DNA of 64,000 nt from the human T2T-CHM13v2.0 reference genome, Homo sapiens. Positions 44,749-58,500 of this stretch are shown one piece after another. Below the pieces are notes generated by a model. That model was not told the origin of the DNA, searched no databases, and was given only the letters and a program-made list of their open reading frames with translations. The stretch lies in assembly GCF_009914755.1 (NCBI RefSeq), contig NC_060928.1; one strand, 5' to 3'. The stretch's first letter is position 1, and each line of letters begins with the position of its first letter. Made by a program: the position numbers and the translations under genes.

Positions 44749-46056
44749 TCTTCAGTATTTCATTGCATTTTCTATATTGGATTCTCCATTGGCTTTTTTA
44801 TATCTGTCATTTATCCATTTTTTCTGGTTACTCTGGGTATTACATTATGCATTCTTTACATACTAAAATTAACTTAGAATTAATATGTGCCATTTTATTC
44901 CACTTCCCACTTCACTTAAGAAATCACACTCCTTATTTTCCAAATTATATTATGTGCTTTATATTTGTAGCCCTATAAGACTACAATTTCATTTATCTTC
45001 ACACTCTTTTTCTTATATAGTCATATATTTCATTTGCACTTATGTTTTAAGCCTCAATTTATAATGCTATTATTTTTCCTTTATAATTTAATTATCATAT
45101 CAAGAAAGTACACAGAGAAACACAAACTTTTTGTCGGTCCTATAAACACTTACATGCCATTCCTGATTTTTTTCTTTCCTTCGTTAGATCCATTTCATTT
45201 TGTATTATATCTTCAGAATTTATCTTAGTGAACTTCTCCTGGTTACAAATTCACATATCTGATGTCTTTATTTGAAACTTATTTTTACAGAATATTCTTA
45301 CTGGGTATAAAATTTTGCACTGACTTTTTCTAATCTCTTTACAGATTTTTGTTGTTGTTGTTGTACTCTTTTTATTCTTGCTTTAGTGATTTTCTCTTTA
45401 TTATTAGTTTTAAGCAGTTTGACAAATATATACCTATTTCTGGTATTCTTATTTGTGGTATTCTTTTCATTTATTTCTCTTTGGGGTAAGTTGAGCTTCT
45501 TGAATGGCTAGATATTCTTATATAGGTGAGGAATTCTTACTATTTGTAAATGGGACATCAGATTTCATTATGCCACAATTATTTGGTAAGGTCAAAAGGT
45601 TCTGTTCTTGCTTTCTAAAACTAATTATCTAAAGCATAACTATGATTATCACAATAAACATTAACACTTTAAAAAGCAATGATTTGATAATAGTCTACAT
45701 TTCAAAGTAATTTTAATATAAAATTGTTTAAGCTAAAGAAATATGAATGATCTTCAGAAATGGGTTATGATTCGTCCCTCCTATATGCTCTAATAGCATC
45801 GTGTATTAAACAGGTCACACCACTTATGTGAAAATACATTTTTTGCAGTTGTCTCTCCATCCAATTCTACCTGAAAATAGTGGTGTTCAGGAATTGTCAT
45901 TGTTCTTATTATATTTTTAGAATATAGAATCGAAGGAAACATTAGGCATTCAATAACAGGTTGATTAAATAAATATGTAATTGAACGGGATATCCTAACC
46001 CTCAAACTCATAACTCTATAACCTAAGGGTGTGACACTGTCAATGTGGTAAAATGT

Positions 46057-46086
46057 ACACACACACACACTTATATATATTTCTTG

Positions 46087-46137
<51 letters not shown>

Positions 46138-46203
46138 TATACATATATGTATAAATGTGTGTGTATGTGTATGTGTGTATATATATATACACATATACAT
46201 ACA
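46057..46203. repeat. Compound (CA)n-(TA)22-(TG/TA)n microsatellite
   Basis: Direct read; pure AT alternation at 46090-46134. Confidence 0.97.
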
Positions 46204-49200
46204 AGAAAACAAGACATGGTCCCTATTTCATGAAAGTTTTTTATATTTTACCTTTCTATCAAGGCTATTATACTTTTCTGTTGCTTGCCAACTTTGCAGA
46301 ATATTTTGTCTTTATTTTCTAATTTAGCTTTGTGCAGGAGAAATGACTTGGTGCCTGACTATATTTTTCTTCCTATGAAACTAAAAAATAGGTAACCTTT
46401 TATAATTGTTCTTGAGGACTATTCTTTGGCACTCTGGGAAGGAATTGGTAGCACTGTAAACAGGTAGGTTGTGGAGAGGGATCTCTGTAAGTCTTCAAGT
46501 TATTAGTAATCTACACCATATTTAAGCAATTCACAAATATCTTATTCTCACATGAAGGAGCTTGGGGTTGCATCTATAAACAGTGTAGCTTAAACACATT
46601 CCCAACCATATTGCTGCCCTAAAGTCTTCTTTAACCTCCAACCAATAAATAAATAATTACTAGAGCAGCTTCTGGCAGAAAATGACCCACTTCTTATATG
46701 CTCAAATTTCTAAGACACGACAAAACCGCTTTTTCTCTACCCATACCCCAATCATTTTCTGACTCCTTTGGAAGGGATATGGGTCAATTTCAGAATGAAA
46801 TATGAAAGTCTAAGAGGAGCTCAAAATTTTGGCTAAACTGACTTTGTTATGAAAGTACACTAAATTAATATACAACTGAACCATATTAAATAAGTTACTG
46901 TTTTTTACTAAAAAGATATGCAATTAGTGATTAATATTAATTATCTTATTAATTACTTAGTAACTTATTAATATTGATTAATATTAATATTGACTAATAT
47001 TAACTAATAAGTTACTTTTTTTACTAAATGGATATGCAATTAGTGATTAACTCTGTTATGGTTTATTTTGAGTTTTTAATGTATTTTAAAAAATGATTAG
47101 TAGAGAAAACCTTTTTTCTAAAAGAATACAGATGCTAGGTCTTTATGGAAAATAGTACAGTGTTGCAGCATTAAATTAAAAAGTGAATTAGCTCAAAGAG
47201 AAATTCTCAAATGACAATGTCTGCTTTGTATTTATATATAGATAATGATATTCAGGGAAAAAAACTTCATACATATAAGGAACTAGAAAAATGTTAAAAA
47301 ATTTCTTACATAAATTATAGAATTACATCTTCCAAAACCAAAACTGAAATTAAAATTTTAAATAAATGACTAGATCCTAAACATAAACTGTATTTTATTT
47401 TCACAAATTTAGGACAGATCACGTCTTAGAAATAAATATGCAGCATTGTGTGGCAGATGGCTTAGGAAAATGGATTAGGCAAATACCACTCATTTTAGCC
47501 ATAATTAAATGGCAAAAGCTTTAAAAATCAGGTTAAATAAAATTCTGCAGTATAAGTTACATGTAGTTACAAGAAAGATATGGCTAAATAATTTTTTCTT
47601 GTACATTTTTGAATATAGCTTACTAATATTTTTCTATTTGCCTAAAAAGCCTGAGGTGCATTCTTACAGTTATTTTTTAAATACCCAAACCAAAATGCAA
47701 TTTTTGGAAAATAAACTTTAAAAAATATAATTTAGAAAAAGACATATTAAAGCTATTACTCTTTAAAATAAAATGCTTTGGAATAGGTCAATTTAATGTG
47801 TAGATTTATTTTGCAAAGCTTTTATTTTCCACCCTAAAAGTCACAAGAACTCAGAATAAAGTAGGTGGATATTCAGGAAAAAGTAATAATCAGCCCACAT
47901 CTCACAAAAGAAAGTCATTGTTATTTTTTAATTCTCTTTACTATGTCAGCATGGTATATCCCTGACATATTATAAAACTACTTTGTAGTTTTTCATTTAT
48001 TTATCACTACAAAATGTATTTTATATGATTTATAAATTATTTCAAAACAGTATTTTAATGATAAAACTTATGTTAATGGGACATATTTAGTATGTATAAA
48101 TACACAGACACATACACACACATATATTTACTTCCATTTTGCAATACTCATTCAGTTTTTGTGAAAGGAAATAATATTGTATTGTTTAGCAAAAAACTGT
48201 AAAATGATAATAGACAAATTAAAACCCTACACTTTGCACAGTGATTGATGGGTAGGGACCTCCTTTTATGCAGAGAATGTATATCATATAAATTTGAGAG
48301 ATTTTAAGAAAGGCTCCTGGACACATTATCCAGAACTAACAAGAGTTGAGAATGAGCAGTATGGTATATTGCTCAATTTTGGATACTGGGGCCTTTCATC
48401 TCTTGTCTCCCATTATGTGTTCTTTCAGGCTTATAATGTGTTTTTGTTTGTTTGTTTTTTTGGAATTTATTGACTGGATTTAACACAGAGCTTCCCAGAT
48501 TCCTGAAAATAAATCTTTAAATATGAAGTTATTGATCAGTTATACCTACCTTGTATGTTTTATATCTTATGTTACAGGTCTTGTTGATGCTTTTAATGCT
48601 ATCTGAATTTTAACATGTAGTTAATAAAAGTAATAATGATGAAAAACAGTTTAAGTCCACATAGCTCTTTTGACTCTCCATGGCATATTTACATGACATT
48701 TTTATTTTATTCAATGGAAAATGACAAATAGGCTTCATCTTTGTATTTAGTGTGGTGGCCTAGCATGTTGACTGTCACATTGTGAGTTTACAGTAAATGT
48801 GTGAGAAAGCATTACTCAGAGGAATACTATCGGATAGGGAGTACATATGTGGATTATGTTGATTAGACAAAAGAGGAAACAGAGTACAGATATATGTAGT
48901 TGATTCTCTTAAGACTACACTATTTGTGAGTGGCAGAGTTCAGACAAAAAGATACTAAAGTTCTATCTTCTAACCTGGGAATGCTTTCAATATAATAGAA
49001 TCTAGCCTTCTGGTTGATAGAACTTTACGCAACAATAGAATTATAGATAAAATGTATGTTGTTATCCAGCATTTCTACACATTTTTTTTAAGAAAGAGTA
49101 ATGCTATTTTGGTCCTAGTTCTGCCAGTGTTAATACTGACAGGTTCATTTATAGCAGTAAAGTGAATGTACATTTTAAAATATACTCTGATTTTGTTTCA

Positions 49201-49222
49201 ATCACATATGGTAAGATGACGG

Positions 49223-49704
49223 ATGTAAAAACAAAAGCCTTGAAAAGGAATAGTTTACTAATTTGGGTTCCCAAGAAGAGAGGGCTCAGTTCCCACACAG
49301 GGACACATGAGAGAGCACCTAGTTCAGTCAGAAGGCAGAAAAAGCACAGGGAAAGCATGAGCCGAAGCCGTTATTGTGGTTCTCACAGGAAGGAATGAGG
49401 GAGACAGCATAGACATACTGAGTAAATTTAGGATTAGATAATTTGAATAATTTCAGTGGGTTCTGGCTATAAGGTTAGTCTGTAGGGTGATTCAGGGCAG
49501 GAGGAATAGTGACTTTGTGTGTAACAGTTTGAAAGAAGAGGATATTGGGGTATGGACTCCCTAGACTGGCTGGTTTGCAAATCAAAGCCAACTTGTTTGC
49601 TGTCTCCAGAAATTAGCTAAGCCTGGGAGGAGCCTGGGACCACAAGACCTCAAGATGTCAAAGCATCATGAAATATACGAAATGTTTAAAAAATGATTAA
49701 TGCA
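49223..49704 (-). mobile_element. ERVL solo LTR, MER74-like
   Basis: Reverse complement starts TGCATTAATCATTTTTT..ATGATGCTTTGACATCTTG, typical of the MER74/73/54 group. Confidence 0.55.
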
Positions 49705-49817
49705 ATGTATTTATGCAAAATATATTGTCTGAATTTTCACTTATCTAGAAAATTAAGATTATTTTTCTCTTACATAAACGCTTTAGATCTACGGGCACTG
49801 AAAAGACACTTGAGCAA

Positions 49818-50275
49818 CGTATTCATTTCCTAGGGCTGACAACACAGAACCATGAACTAGGTGTCTTAAAACAACAGAAATTTATTGTCTCACAGTTTTG
49901 GAGGCTAGAAGTTCAAAATTAAGCTGTTGGCAGGTCAAACTCCTTCTGAAACCCATAGTGAAGAATTCTTTCTTGCCTCTTCCTATAGCTTCTGGTGGTT
50001 TGCTGTTAATTCCTAATTCCTTGGCTGGAATACAGTTTGATCTCTGACTCCCTTGTGTCATAGTGTTCTCCCCTCATGTGTTTCTATGTGTGGCTTCTCT
50101 TCTTCTTATAAGGACATCAATCATGTTGGACAAAGGACCCAACCTATTCCAGTATGTTCTTATGATAACTAATTACATCCTTAACCATCTTATTTCCAAA
50201 CGAGATTACATTCTAAGGTACGGGGGGTTATGACATCAACATATCTTTTTGGTGGGCACAATTCAACTCATAAGA
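49818..50275 (-). mobile_element. MaLR solo LTR, MLT1B/C-like
   Basis: CTTAAAACAACAGAAATTTATTGTCTCACAGTT..GGAGGCTAGAAG..CTTATAAGGACA..CACAATTCAAC. Confidence 0.8.
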
Positions 50276-51839
50276 GGCATCACTCATTTTTTTCCATTTT
50301 GTTGTTATAGAAACATAATTAAATTGCAACTAGAGATATTTTATACTATACAATAGGCCCTTTCTCAGAATAACACTGATAGCCATGTATGATTTATGAA
50401 TGAACAAAAATTAAGGTTATATCCAATGATAACAATGTTATTGGGGTGGACACACAGACTTTATATAAATTACTGTCTTACCCATATTTACTTTATTTTT
50501 AAATTTTAATGTAAAGCCAAGTCCTCTAAAACTTCAAAAATCTTACACTTTTCATTACCTACGCTCAGTATAAGAGAGGAAATTAGAATGGCTTTAAATA
50601 ACTAACGTCTATACTTAGTTTGAAAACCATTATTTAGCAATGTGGAGACATTATTGCTTTTCCTAAGACAAGACTTCATGGGAATGGTATACTCAGTCAA
50701 TCACCACAAATGTATATAAGCTTGTAATCTGATGATAATATCCTTCAAGGAACTAAGACAAGTACTAGAGCAAGCTCACCACTATGAAAGAGACAATACA
50801 GGGGCGATTTTGCCCTTTTACATGAGTTCAGTAATGAAATGGTATCTCTCTTCACTCTACAGTAATAAGTAAAATGAATGTGAGTTGACTGCAGAAATGA
50901 GATCAAGTGATTTGTTCAATATTCCATAATGTGATTCATTAAAATTCCTAATTATCTTTTAAGGACTGCTTTTATAATAATTATTCTTTCCTGAAAGTAT
51001 CCTGCTCCCTTCTGCCAAACTTTGTGTAATTCAACTAGGATATATTTTCTATTAGGTAAATACATAAATCAACATAGGTGAGAGACCTACACATTGATTA
51101 ATCTCAAGCTTTATTAAAAATGCCATGACTCTTCTCAAGTTCTCAGGAGAACATTGGTTCCCAGCACCAAGATAATTATATATGAGTAAAGAAAGAGTAT
51201 TGGTCTGAGTCAGAGAACTCAGGACGTAGTTCTGACTCTTTCTCAACCAAGTACCTAGATAACAGCAAATGAATCATGTAACTTTATGGACTTTGATTTC
51301 CTTAAGTATCAATTAGGAATATTAGGTCAATAGTCTGGAATTTCATGTAGTACCTATATTCTATGTTTGTGTGTTCTTTTATTACTATCAAATATAATTT
51401 CTGATGTAAGTTGGCATGAAATTATAACCCAAATATAATTTTTTACTTTTGTCAACTCTTAGAGCTATTTTAAGCTAAGCTACTTTCAATAACTGTTGTT
51501 TATGTCTTTGGTGAGGTGTGGGATAGGAAAAAAGAGTCAAGGAAGTCCCCTGGCAGAGTCCTGATGTTTGTAAAAATAAACCTCTTTTACTTGGATTTCA
51601 AAGGAAATCATCACTACAATAATATGACAGAAGTCTAGAAGTGTTTAAACAGTGCATGAATGAACTTTTTAAATTATCACATTAAAGTAACTCATATTAA
51701 AATAAGTTTACATCATAATTAAAGTGATCAAAAATTAAGCTCTGGAGTCGAACAGGCTGGATTGGATCCCCATAGCCACCACTTTTTGATCTTGGCCTAT
51801 ATTAGAAACACTTTTGAATCTCATTAAATATTTTATCTT

Positions 51840-52258
51840 TTTATAAGTCAGTTTTTTGAGGTAAAATTATCAGACAATAAAATTTATCCTTTTTAGATGC
51901 ACATTTCTATGAATTTTGACAAATACCTTAGTTCTGTAAATTCCACTTCAATCAATATAAAGAATACTCTCTTCACCCCACAAATTTTCCCTGTGAAATA
52001 TTCCATTCATTTATAATTCAAAAATTGCAAACTAACTGTATAGTGACAAAGAGCAATTCAGTCATAGCCTGGGGATGGGAGGTAGTGGTGGGGCAGGGTT
52101 GGTTTGCTTAAGGGAATAAAGAAACTTAGACATAATGGGTATGCTTATTATCTTGAATCTGGTGATGGATTCACAAGTGTATTTATATGTCAAAAATTAT
52201 CAAATTGTATACTTTAAAATATGTGATTTATTAGATATAAATTATACCTTTAAAAGTG
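51840..52258. mobile_element. Two old L1M 3'-end fragments in opposite orientation (- 51840-52000; + 52000-52258)
   Basis: TTTTGAGGTAAAATT..ATGAATTTTGACAAAT (minus) and TATGTCAAAA..ATCAAATTGTATACTTTAAAATATG..TAAATTATACCT (plus). Confidence 0.6.
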
Positions 52259-52306
52259 TTTTTTTTTAAGACAGTTAAATGAGCATGTGGTAATGGATAC
52301 AGTATA

Positions 52307-52809
52307 TGTGGTGGTTATTTTTATGTGTCAATTTGACTGAACCATGGAATACCCAAATATTTGGTTAAACATTATTTCTAGATGTGTCTGTGAAGGTATT
52401 TTGAGAAGGGGTTAACTTTTGAATTAGTGAGCTGAATAAAGTAGATGGCCCTCCTCAATGGGGGTAAGCAATGTTCAAGCCATCAAGGGCCTGAACATAA
52501 CACAAAGGGAGAGGGAGGTTGAATGAGCTCTTTCTGCCCAGTTGTTCAGCTGAGACACAGATCTGACCTCTTCACTCCTGGTTCTCAGGCCTTCAGGCTC
52601 AGACTGGAATCTACACCAACAGCTTTGTGGCTGTCATGCCTTCAAACTACACTACTGGCTTCCCTGGTTCTCCAGTTTGCAGACTAGATTGCGGGACATC
52701 TCAGTCTCTATAATTGTGTAAACCAACATCTTCTAATAATCTCTTAGTATATAAACATATAAATTCTCCCATTGGTTCCATTTCTCTGGAGAACTCTGAC
52801 TGATATACA
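52307..52809 (+). mobile_element. ERVL LTR, MLT2 (C/D-like)
   Basis: TGTGGTGGTTATTTTTATGTGTCAATTTGACTG..ATTGGTTCCATTTCTCTGGAGAACTCTGACTGATATACA. Confidence 0.85.
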
Positions 52810-55545
52810 ACGTAAGGCTAGAAATTCAAAACCTGCCTATGATTCATACGAAGGCCAAAAAGTTAAGAAACTTGTTTCTGAGAGAGACACCATCACAAGT
52901 GGGAAATTCAGCATTGGCTGTCCTCTCTAAGCTGGTGATGATGGTAGGAGGTGTTGTTATAGACTGAGCCCCCTGATAGTTATGAGGATGACAGGATCCA
53001 GAAACCAGAGAGGCAAGATGGTGGCAGTTAACCATCAGAAGAAAGGTAGCTGAGTGAGAGGTAAAAGTGAGTTCTAACTCACAGAGACATATAAAAATGG
53101 TTTGTTTGTTTGTTTTTCAACAAAAATGGTGTGTCCAGAGGCAGTCAGCAAGGGTGGTGCTCAATCTATAAAATCAAAGAAATGCAAGAATGGATAATCA
53201 AGGAGATGAGAGCAACTTCCCCCAAATGTCACAATCTATTGCCCAGTTTCCAGACTGAGCTGATTTTCCCAAACAAAACTATCAACTGGAAGTTCTCCAA
53301 GACCCTATGATTTTATTGCACATGTGTACAGTAATGGACTTCAACCTACGGCCATTTGCTTAGCTAAGTATACATGAGGACAAAGAGATAGCACCATTCT
53401 ATGTATTTCTGTACTGATTACATTGATACATAGGATACAAAGCATATCATGGTCTTCTGTTAGCATTGGGATAGGGGGCGAGTAAATGGAGTCATCTGAA
53501 AAGTCTGGCACACTGTACATCCAACTGGCTCCATAGACTTACCGACTGGTTATTTCTCCAGTCTGGGAATGTATAATAAGGGATAAAATACTTCGTATTT
53601 TATAGAAACCCCATTTTGGCTTATTTACCTGTGAAATACTTGGTATTTCACTGAAACCCCATTTTGGTTTATTTACCTTTATTTATTTAAAGCCACTGCA
53701 GTCAGGCAGCCTAAGTGAAAGCCTCTAAAACTAGTTCATTCTTCTGGCTAAGAAAGCTAGTTTAAAAAATAAAATAAAACCATGAGGAAAACTACCAAAA
53801 TTAGTGCCATCTATAAAAACATAAAGAATGAGGATGCAGCAGTAGTGACTGTCATCGTATTCAATTTAATTTACTAGTCTGGCCCCTTCACAACCAAGAT
53901 GGAACTGGAAAATGATATTGTACTGCTATAAACATAAAATAATATTTCTTCTAAAACAGACGATCATAGTTTTAGGTATATTGCATTATCTTTCATCTCT
54001 ATAGGAAGGAAGCTCAGACACAGTTCACATCCACACGTTATAGACAGCAATATTTATTTACAACCTGTCCTGAGACTACATAAACTCTCCCACCTTCATT
54101 ATAGTTTAAGCTAAAATTACTGGAACCACCTGGATTTTCCACAGAACAGCATATAGACCCTCTGTCTCAATAATATTGTGCCATTTGCACCAAACAAGCA
54201 AAAAGCATGGGATATTAACTCTACAAATATTCAAATTTACACTATATTAATGAAGATTTTGATGTAGTCTGGAGCCTGTGAGAAACTCTTCCTCTAAAAT
54301 CAAGGATAAATTATTTCATCTTACCCGTCATATCACTAAGAATAATACACAATACCTAGTAGGCTTCTTCAAGATTTAGAAGTACATTCCACACTTGGAG
54401 ATATAGCTCCAACTCATTAACTAAGTGACATGAAAGATTCCTACTTGCTGTAGAGATCAGATCAGAAAAGTGCTGTCCAGCAGCTCTATCCTCTGGTGTA
54501 ATCAACTCTGACTCTTTTATCATAAAACCTGCTGGGCACAATGATACTAGAGCTATAGGAAATTGGAAACACTGTCAGGTGAATTTTATGGGTAGCACCA
54601 AGAGGAAAAGCAAAATGTAGATTCCTAAGATGCCAGAGGAAACTCATGTCATTTGTAGTATAGAAGTATGCATAATTTTTTCAAAATCTTGACATGCCAC
54701 TGGGCACTAGTAACAATGGAGTCTTGATCATGGCACACAACTTAACCATGAGGCCCAAATATTCCCTCATGCACTGGGTTCTGTCAGATCCAACAAATCA
54801 TAAGTGAAGATAAGACTAGGACAAATAAATTATAAAAATTGAAAATAATGCATCCAAAATTATGGATGAACAGAGCCAGAGGTCATAGCAAACTACACAA
54901 GAAGATGACTAAGACATCCATGTCATCCACCACTTTGGCTATGATTATTTTTTTGTGAGGCTGCTCCTTAATGCTCACCTGATGGAGGAAAATTCTCAGT
55001 TCTGTTCAGAGATGGGTAACATGGAATGTTGAAACAAGCTGAAAGAGGTATTAAAGCCCCATTCGGGACTATCAATGAGAGAGATAGTTGAGAGAAAATC
55101 CTCCCAGTTGGAAGATCTTCAGGAGGAATTTTTGGTCATTCACTTTGTATGTAAGGGAAATTGTTAAAAGCTATTACTCATGTAAAGCAGTGAATAACTT
55201 AGCTAGTTAGGAAACTGTAGGAAAATTAGACTACAAAATTGGAAGGAGGTCTGAGGCGGAGGATTTTGGGTGGACCTATTACAGAGGGAATAAAATGTGT
55301 ACTGCATGTTAATTTCCACAAGAGAGCATCCAGCATGGAAGAAGCACTAAAAAACCAATTAGAGAAAATAACTCTACCAATTTATGTTATCCAGCTTCCA
55401 CCACTGGCCACCCATTGCTGGCATAATGAGTTGATGTGGGAATGGTGGCAGAGATGAAGGTCATGTATCATTCCAACAATGTAGGATCACATTCAGCACA
55501 ACTGATTTAAGTACTATTTTTACTGAGTGTTAGAGAGACAAATAT
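52810..55545 (+). mobile_element. Decayed ERVL internal region (gag end, pro, RT, RNase H)
   Basis: RT-like FN..VWP..DG.W.M at ~53860-53930 and QQY.FT..Y.NSP at ~54045-54095. ORF 55239 HVNFHKRASSMEEALKNQLEK resembles the ERVL RNase H C-terminus. Confidence 0.7.
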
Positions 55546-55549
55546 GATC

Positions 55550-58500
55550 CATGTATTGCCTACACCACCCTTCCCCAACTGCAGCAGTGCTGCATGGCAT
55601 GGAGACAATCTGTGTGCTTAAGGGAGGGAAAGTGAAGTGATTGTGGAACGTTGCATTGGAATGCAGTGCTGCCCTGTCACCATGGAAAGCAATACAGGGC
55701 AGAATTCAGCCAGTGCCCATGGAGAGAGCATTTAGACCAGCCGTAGCAGAGCAGAATCATCCATTTCAGAGGCCATAATATGAGTTCCAGCTAGGCCTAC
55801 CATCATGGACTAAAGCGCTTTGAGGTCCTAAATAAATTTGAAAGGTAGTCTACGCCACAAGGATGGAAAAGCCTGGGCAAGTCCTGGTGGTGTGCTGGCC
55901 TTAGAACCAGCGGGCTTGGGGTGCATGTGACCCAGTGAGACACCAACTGGGGCAGCCAAAGGGGTGCTTGTGTCACTCCTCCTCCAACTGCAGGTAGCAC
56001 AACTTGCAGCTCTGGGAGAGACTCCTTCCTCTTGAGGAAAAGAGAGTGAAACAACAAGAGAATTTTGTTTGTAAATTGGATGCCAGCTCAGCCAGAGAAA
56101 AACAAAGCACCAGACTCCTGGAGCCCATATTTCGGGGCCTAGCTCCCAGATTACATCTCTAGATCCACCCTGGGCCACAAGGGAAAGACTCAGTCCTGGA
56201 ATAATTCATTACCTGCTGACTAAAGAGACCTTGGGCATTGAAAAAACATAAGTGGTAGTCAGGCGGTAGTCACCATGTGCCTTGGAAAAGACCCAGTACC
56301 ATGCTGGCTTCAGGTGTGACCCAGCAAGTTGTCAGGTATGATGGCCATGGGAAGAGACTCCTGCTGCTTCAGAAAGGAAGGGGTAAGAGTAACAGGGCTT
56401 TGTCTTACAACTTGGGCACAAGCTCAGTCACAGTAAAATAAAGCACCAGGTAGATTCCTAAAGTTCTTGATTCCGGGTCTAGCTCCCAGACAGCAATTCT
56501 AGACCCTACTTGGACCAGAATGTAATGCTGCAGGGAAAGAAACAAACTGGTAGGATTCATCAACTGCTGACTAAAGAGGACTTGAGCCTACAGTAAACAT
56601 CAGCAGTAGCCAAAAAGTAGTCGCCACAGGCTTTCGGTGAGACCTAGTACTGTGCTGGCTTCAGGTGTAACTGAGCATACTCCCAGTGGTGGAGGCAACA
56701 AGACTACTTACATTACCCCTCCCACAACTCCAGGTAGGTCAGTACATACAGACTCCCTATGCTTGGGGAAAATTAAAGGGAAAGAAAAAGAGTCACTGCT
56801 TCATAATCCAGGGAATTCTCCTGGATCTTACGCAAGACCACCAAGGTGGTACTTCTATGAGTCTGCAAGAGTCACAGCATTACTAGGCTTGGGGTGTCCC
56901 CTAATGCAGATATGGCTGTGATGACCAAAGACTTAGACTAAAACACTCAATTCCATTTGAATACTTGGAAAGCCTTATCAAGAAGGATGGCTACAAATAA
57001 GCCCAGACTACAAATATTAAAATAAATATTGAATTCCTCAATGCCCAGATATAGATGAACATCCACAAGCATTAAGACGATGCAGGAAAACATGACCTCA
57101 GCAAATGAACTAAGTAAAACACCAATGACCATTTTAGGGTGCAAGAAATAAATTACCTCCTTTCAGATAGAGAATTGAAAATAGATATATTGAGGAAGCC
57201 CAGTGAAATTCAAGATAACTCATGGAAGGAATTTAGAATACTATCATATAAATTTGGCAAAGAGATTAAAACATTTTTTAGAAAACAATCAGAAATTCTG
57301 GACCTACAAAATTCAATTAACGACCTGAAGAATGCATCACAGTCTCTCAACAGCAGAACTGATCAAGCAGAAGAAAGAATTAGTGAGCTTGAAGACAGGC
57401 TATTTGAAAATACACAACCAGAGAAGGCAAAAGAAAACATAATATGAAAGAGTAAAGCATGCCTACGAGATCTAGAAAATAGCTTCAAAGGGGCAAATCT
57501 AAGAGTTATTGGCCTTAAAGAGAAGATAGACAGAGGGATCAAGGTAGAGAGTTTATTCAGAGAAATAGTAATAGATAATATTCCAAACCTAGAGAAAGAT
57601 TCCAATATTTAAGTACAAGAAGGTTATAGAACAGCAAGCAGACTTAACCGGATAAGGCTACTTCAGGAAATTTGATACTCAAACTCCAAAAGGTCAAAGA
57701 TAAATAAAGGAAAACAGCTCTAAAAACAGCAAGAGAAAATTAAAAAATCACATATGAAGGAGCTCTAATATGAAAATTCTCAGTGGAAATCTTAGGAGAG
57801 AGTGTCATGCCATATGTAAAGTCTTGAAGGAAAAAAAAACAAAACAAACAAAAAATCCCTTCTATACTAGAATAGTATATCCAGTGAAAAAATCCTTCAA
57901 TATCCTTCATACATGGAGAAATAAAGACTGTCCCAGACAAACAAAAGCTGGCTGAAGGATTCCATCAACACCACACCAAACCTGTCCTATAAGGAATACT
58001 AAAGAGACTTCTTTAATTAAAAAAGAAAAAAAAAGGCTGTTACTGAGCAACAGGAAATCATCTGAAGGCACCAAGCTCACTGGTAATAGTAAGTGCATGA
58101 AAAAATACAGAATGTTATAACACAGTAATTGTTTTCTACTCATATCTTAAGCAGAAAGAGCAAAAGAAGGAACAATCAAAAATAATAATAATAACAACTT
58201 TTCGAGACACACATAATATAATCAGATACAAATAGAAACAATAGAAAGTTAAAATGCATGGGGAATGAAGTTAAAGTGCAGTTTATAAGTTTTCTCTTTG
58301 CTTGTTTGCTAGTTTGTTTTTACAATCCGAGTTTGTTATTAGCTTAAAATAATGATTTATACAATGGCTTATCATAATGCCATTTGGTAACTGCAAATAA
58401 AAAACCTACATCTGCTACACAAAAATAGAAATCAAAACACAGCACCAGAGAAAATCACTTTCACAAAAGGAAGACAGGAAGGAAGAAAGGAAGAGAACAC

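Noticed and set aside
45790-46327. ORFs of 62-140 aa rich in YI/HT/CV
   Set aside because: These are translations of the dinucleotide microsatellite.
51840-52258. Second twin-primed L1
   Set aside because: Both pieces appear to reach an L1 3' terminus and no TSD is visible, so two separate fragments are more likely.
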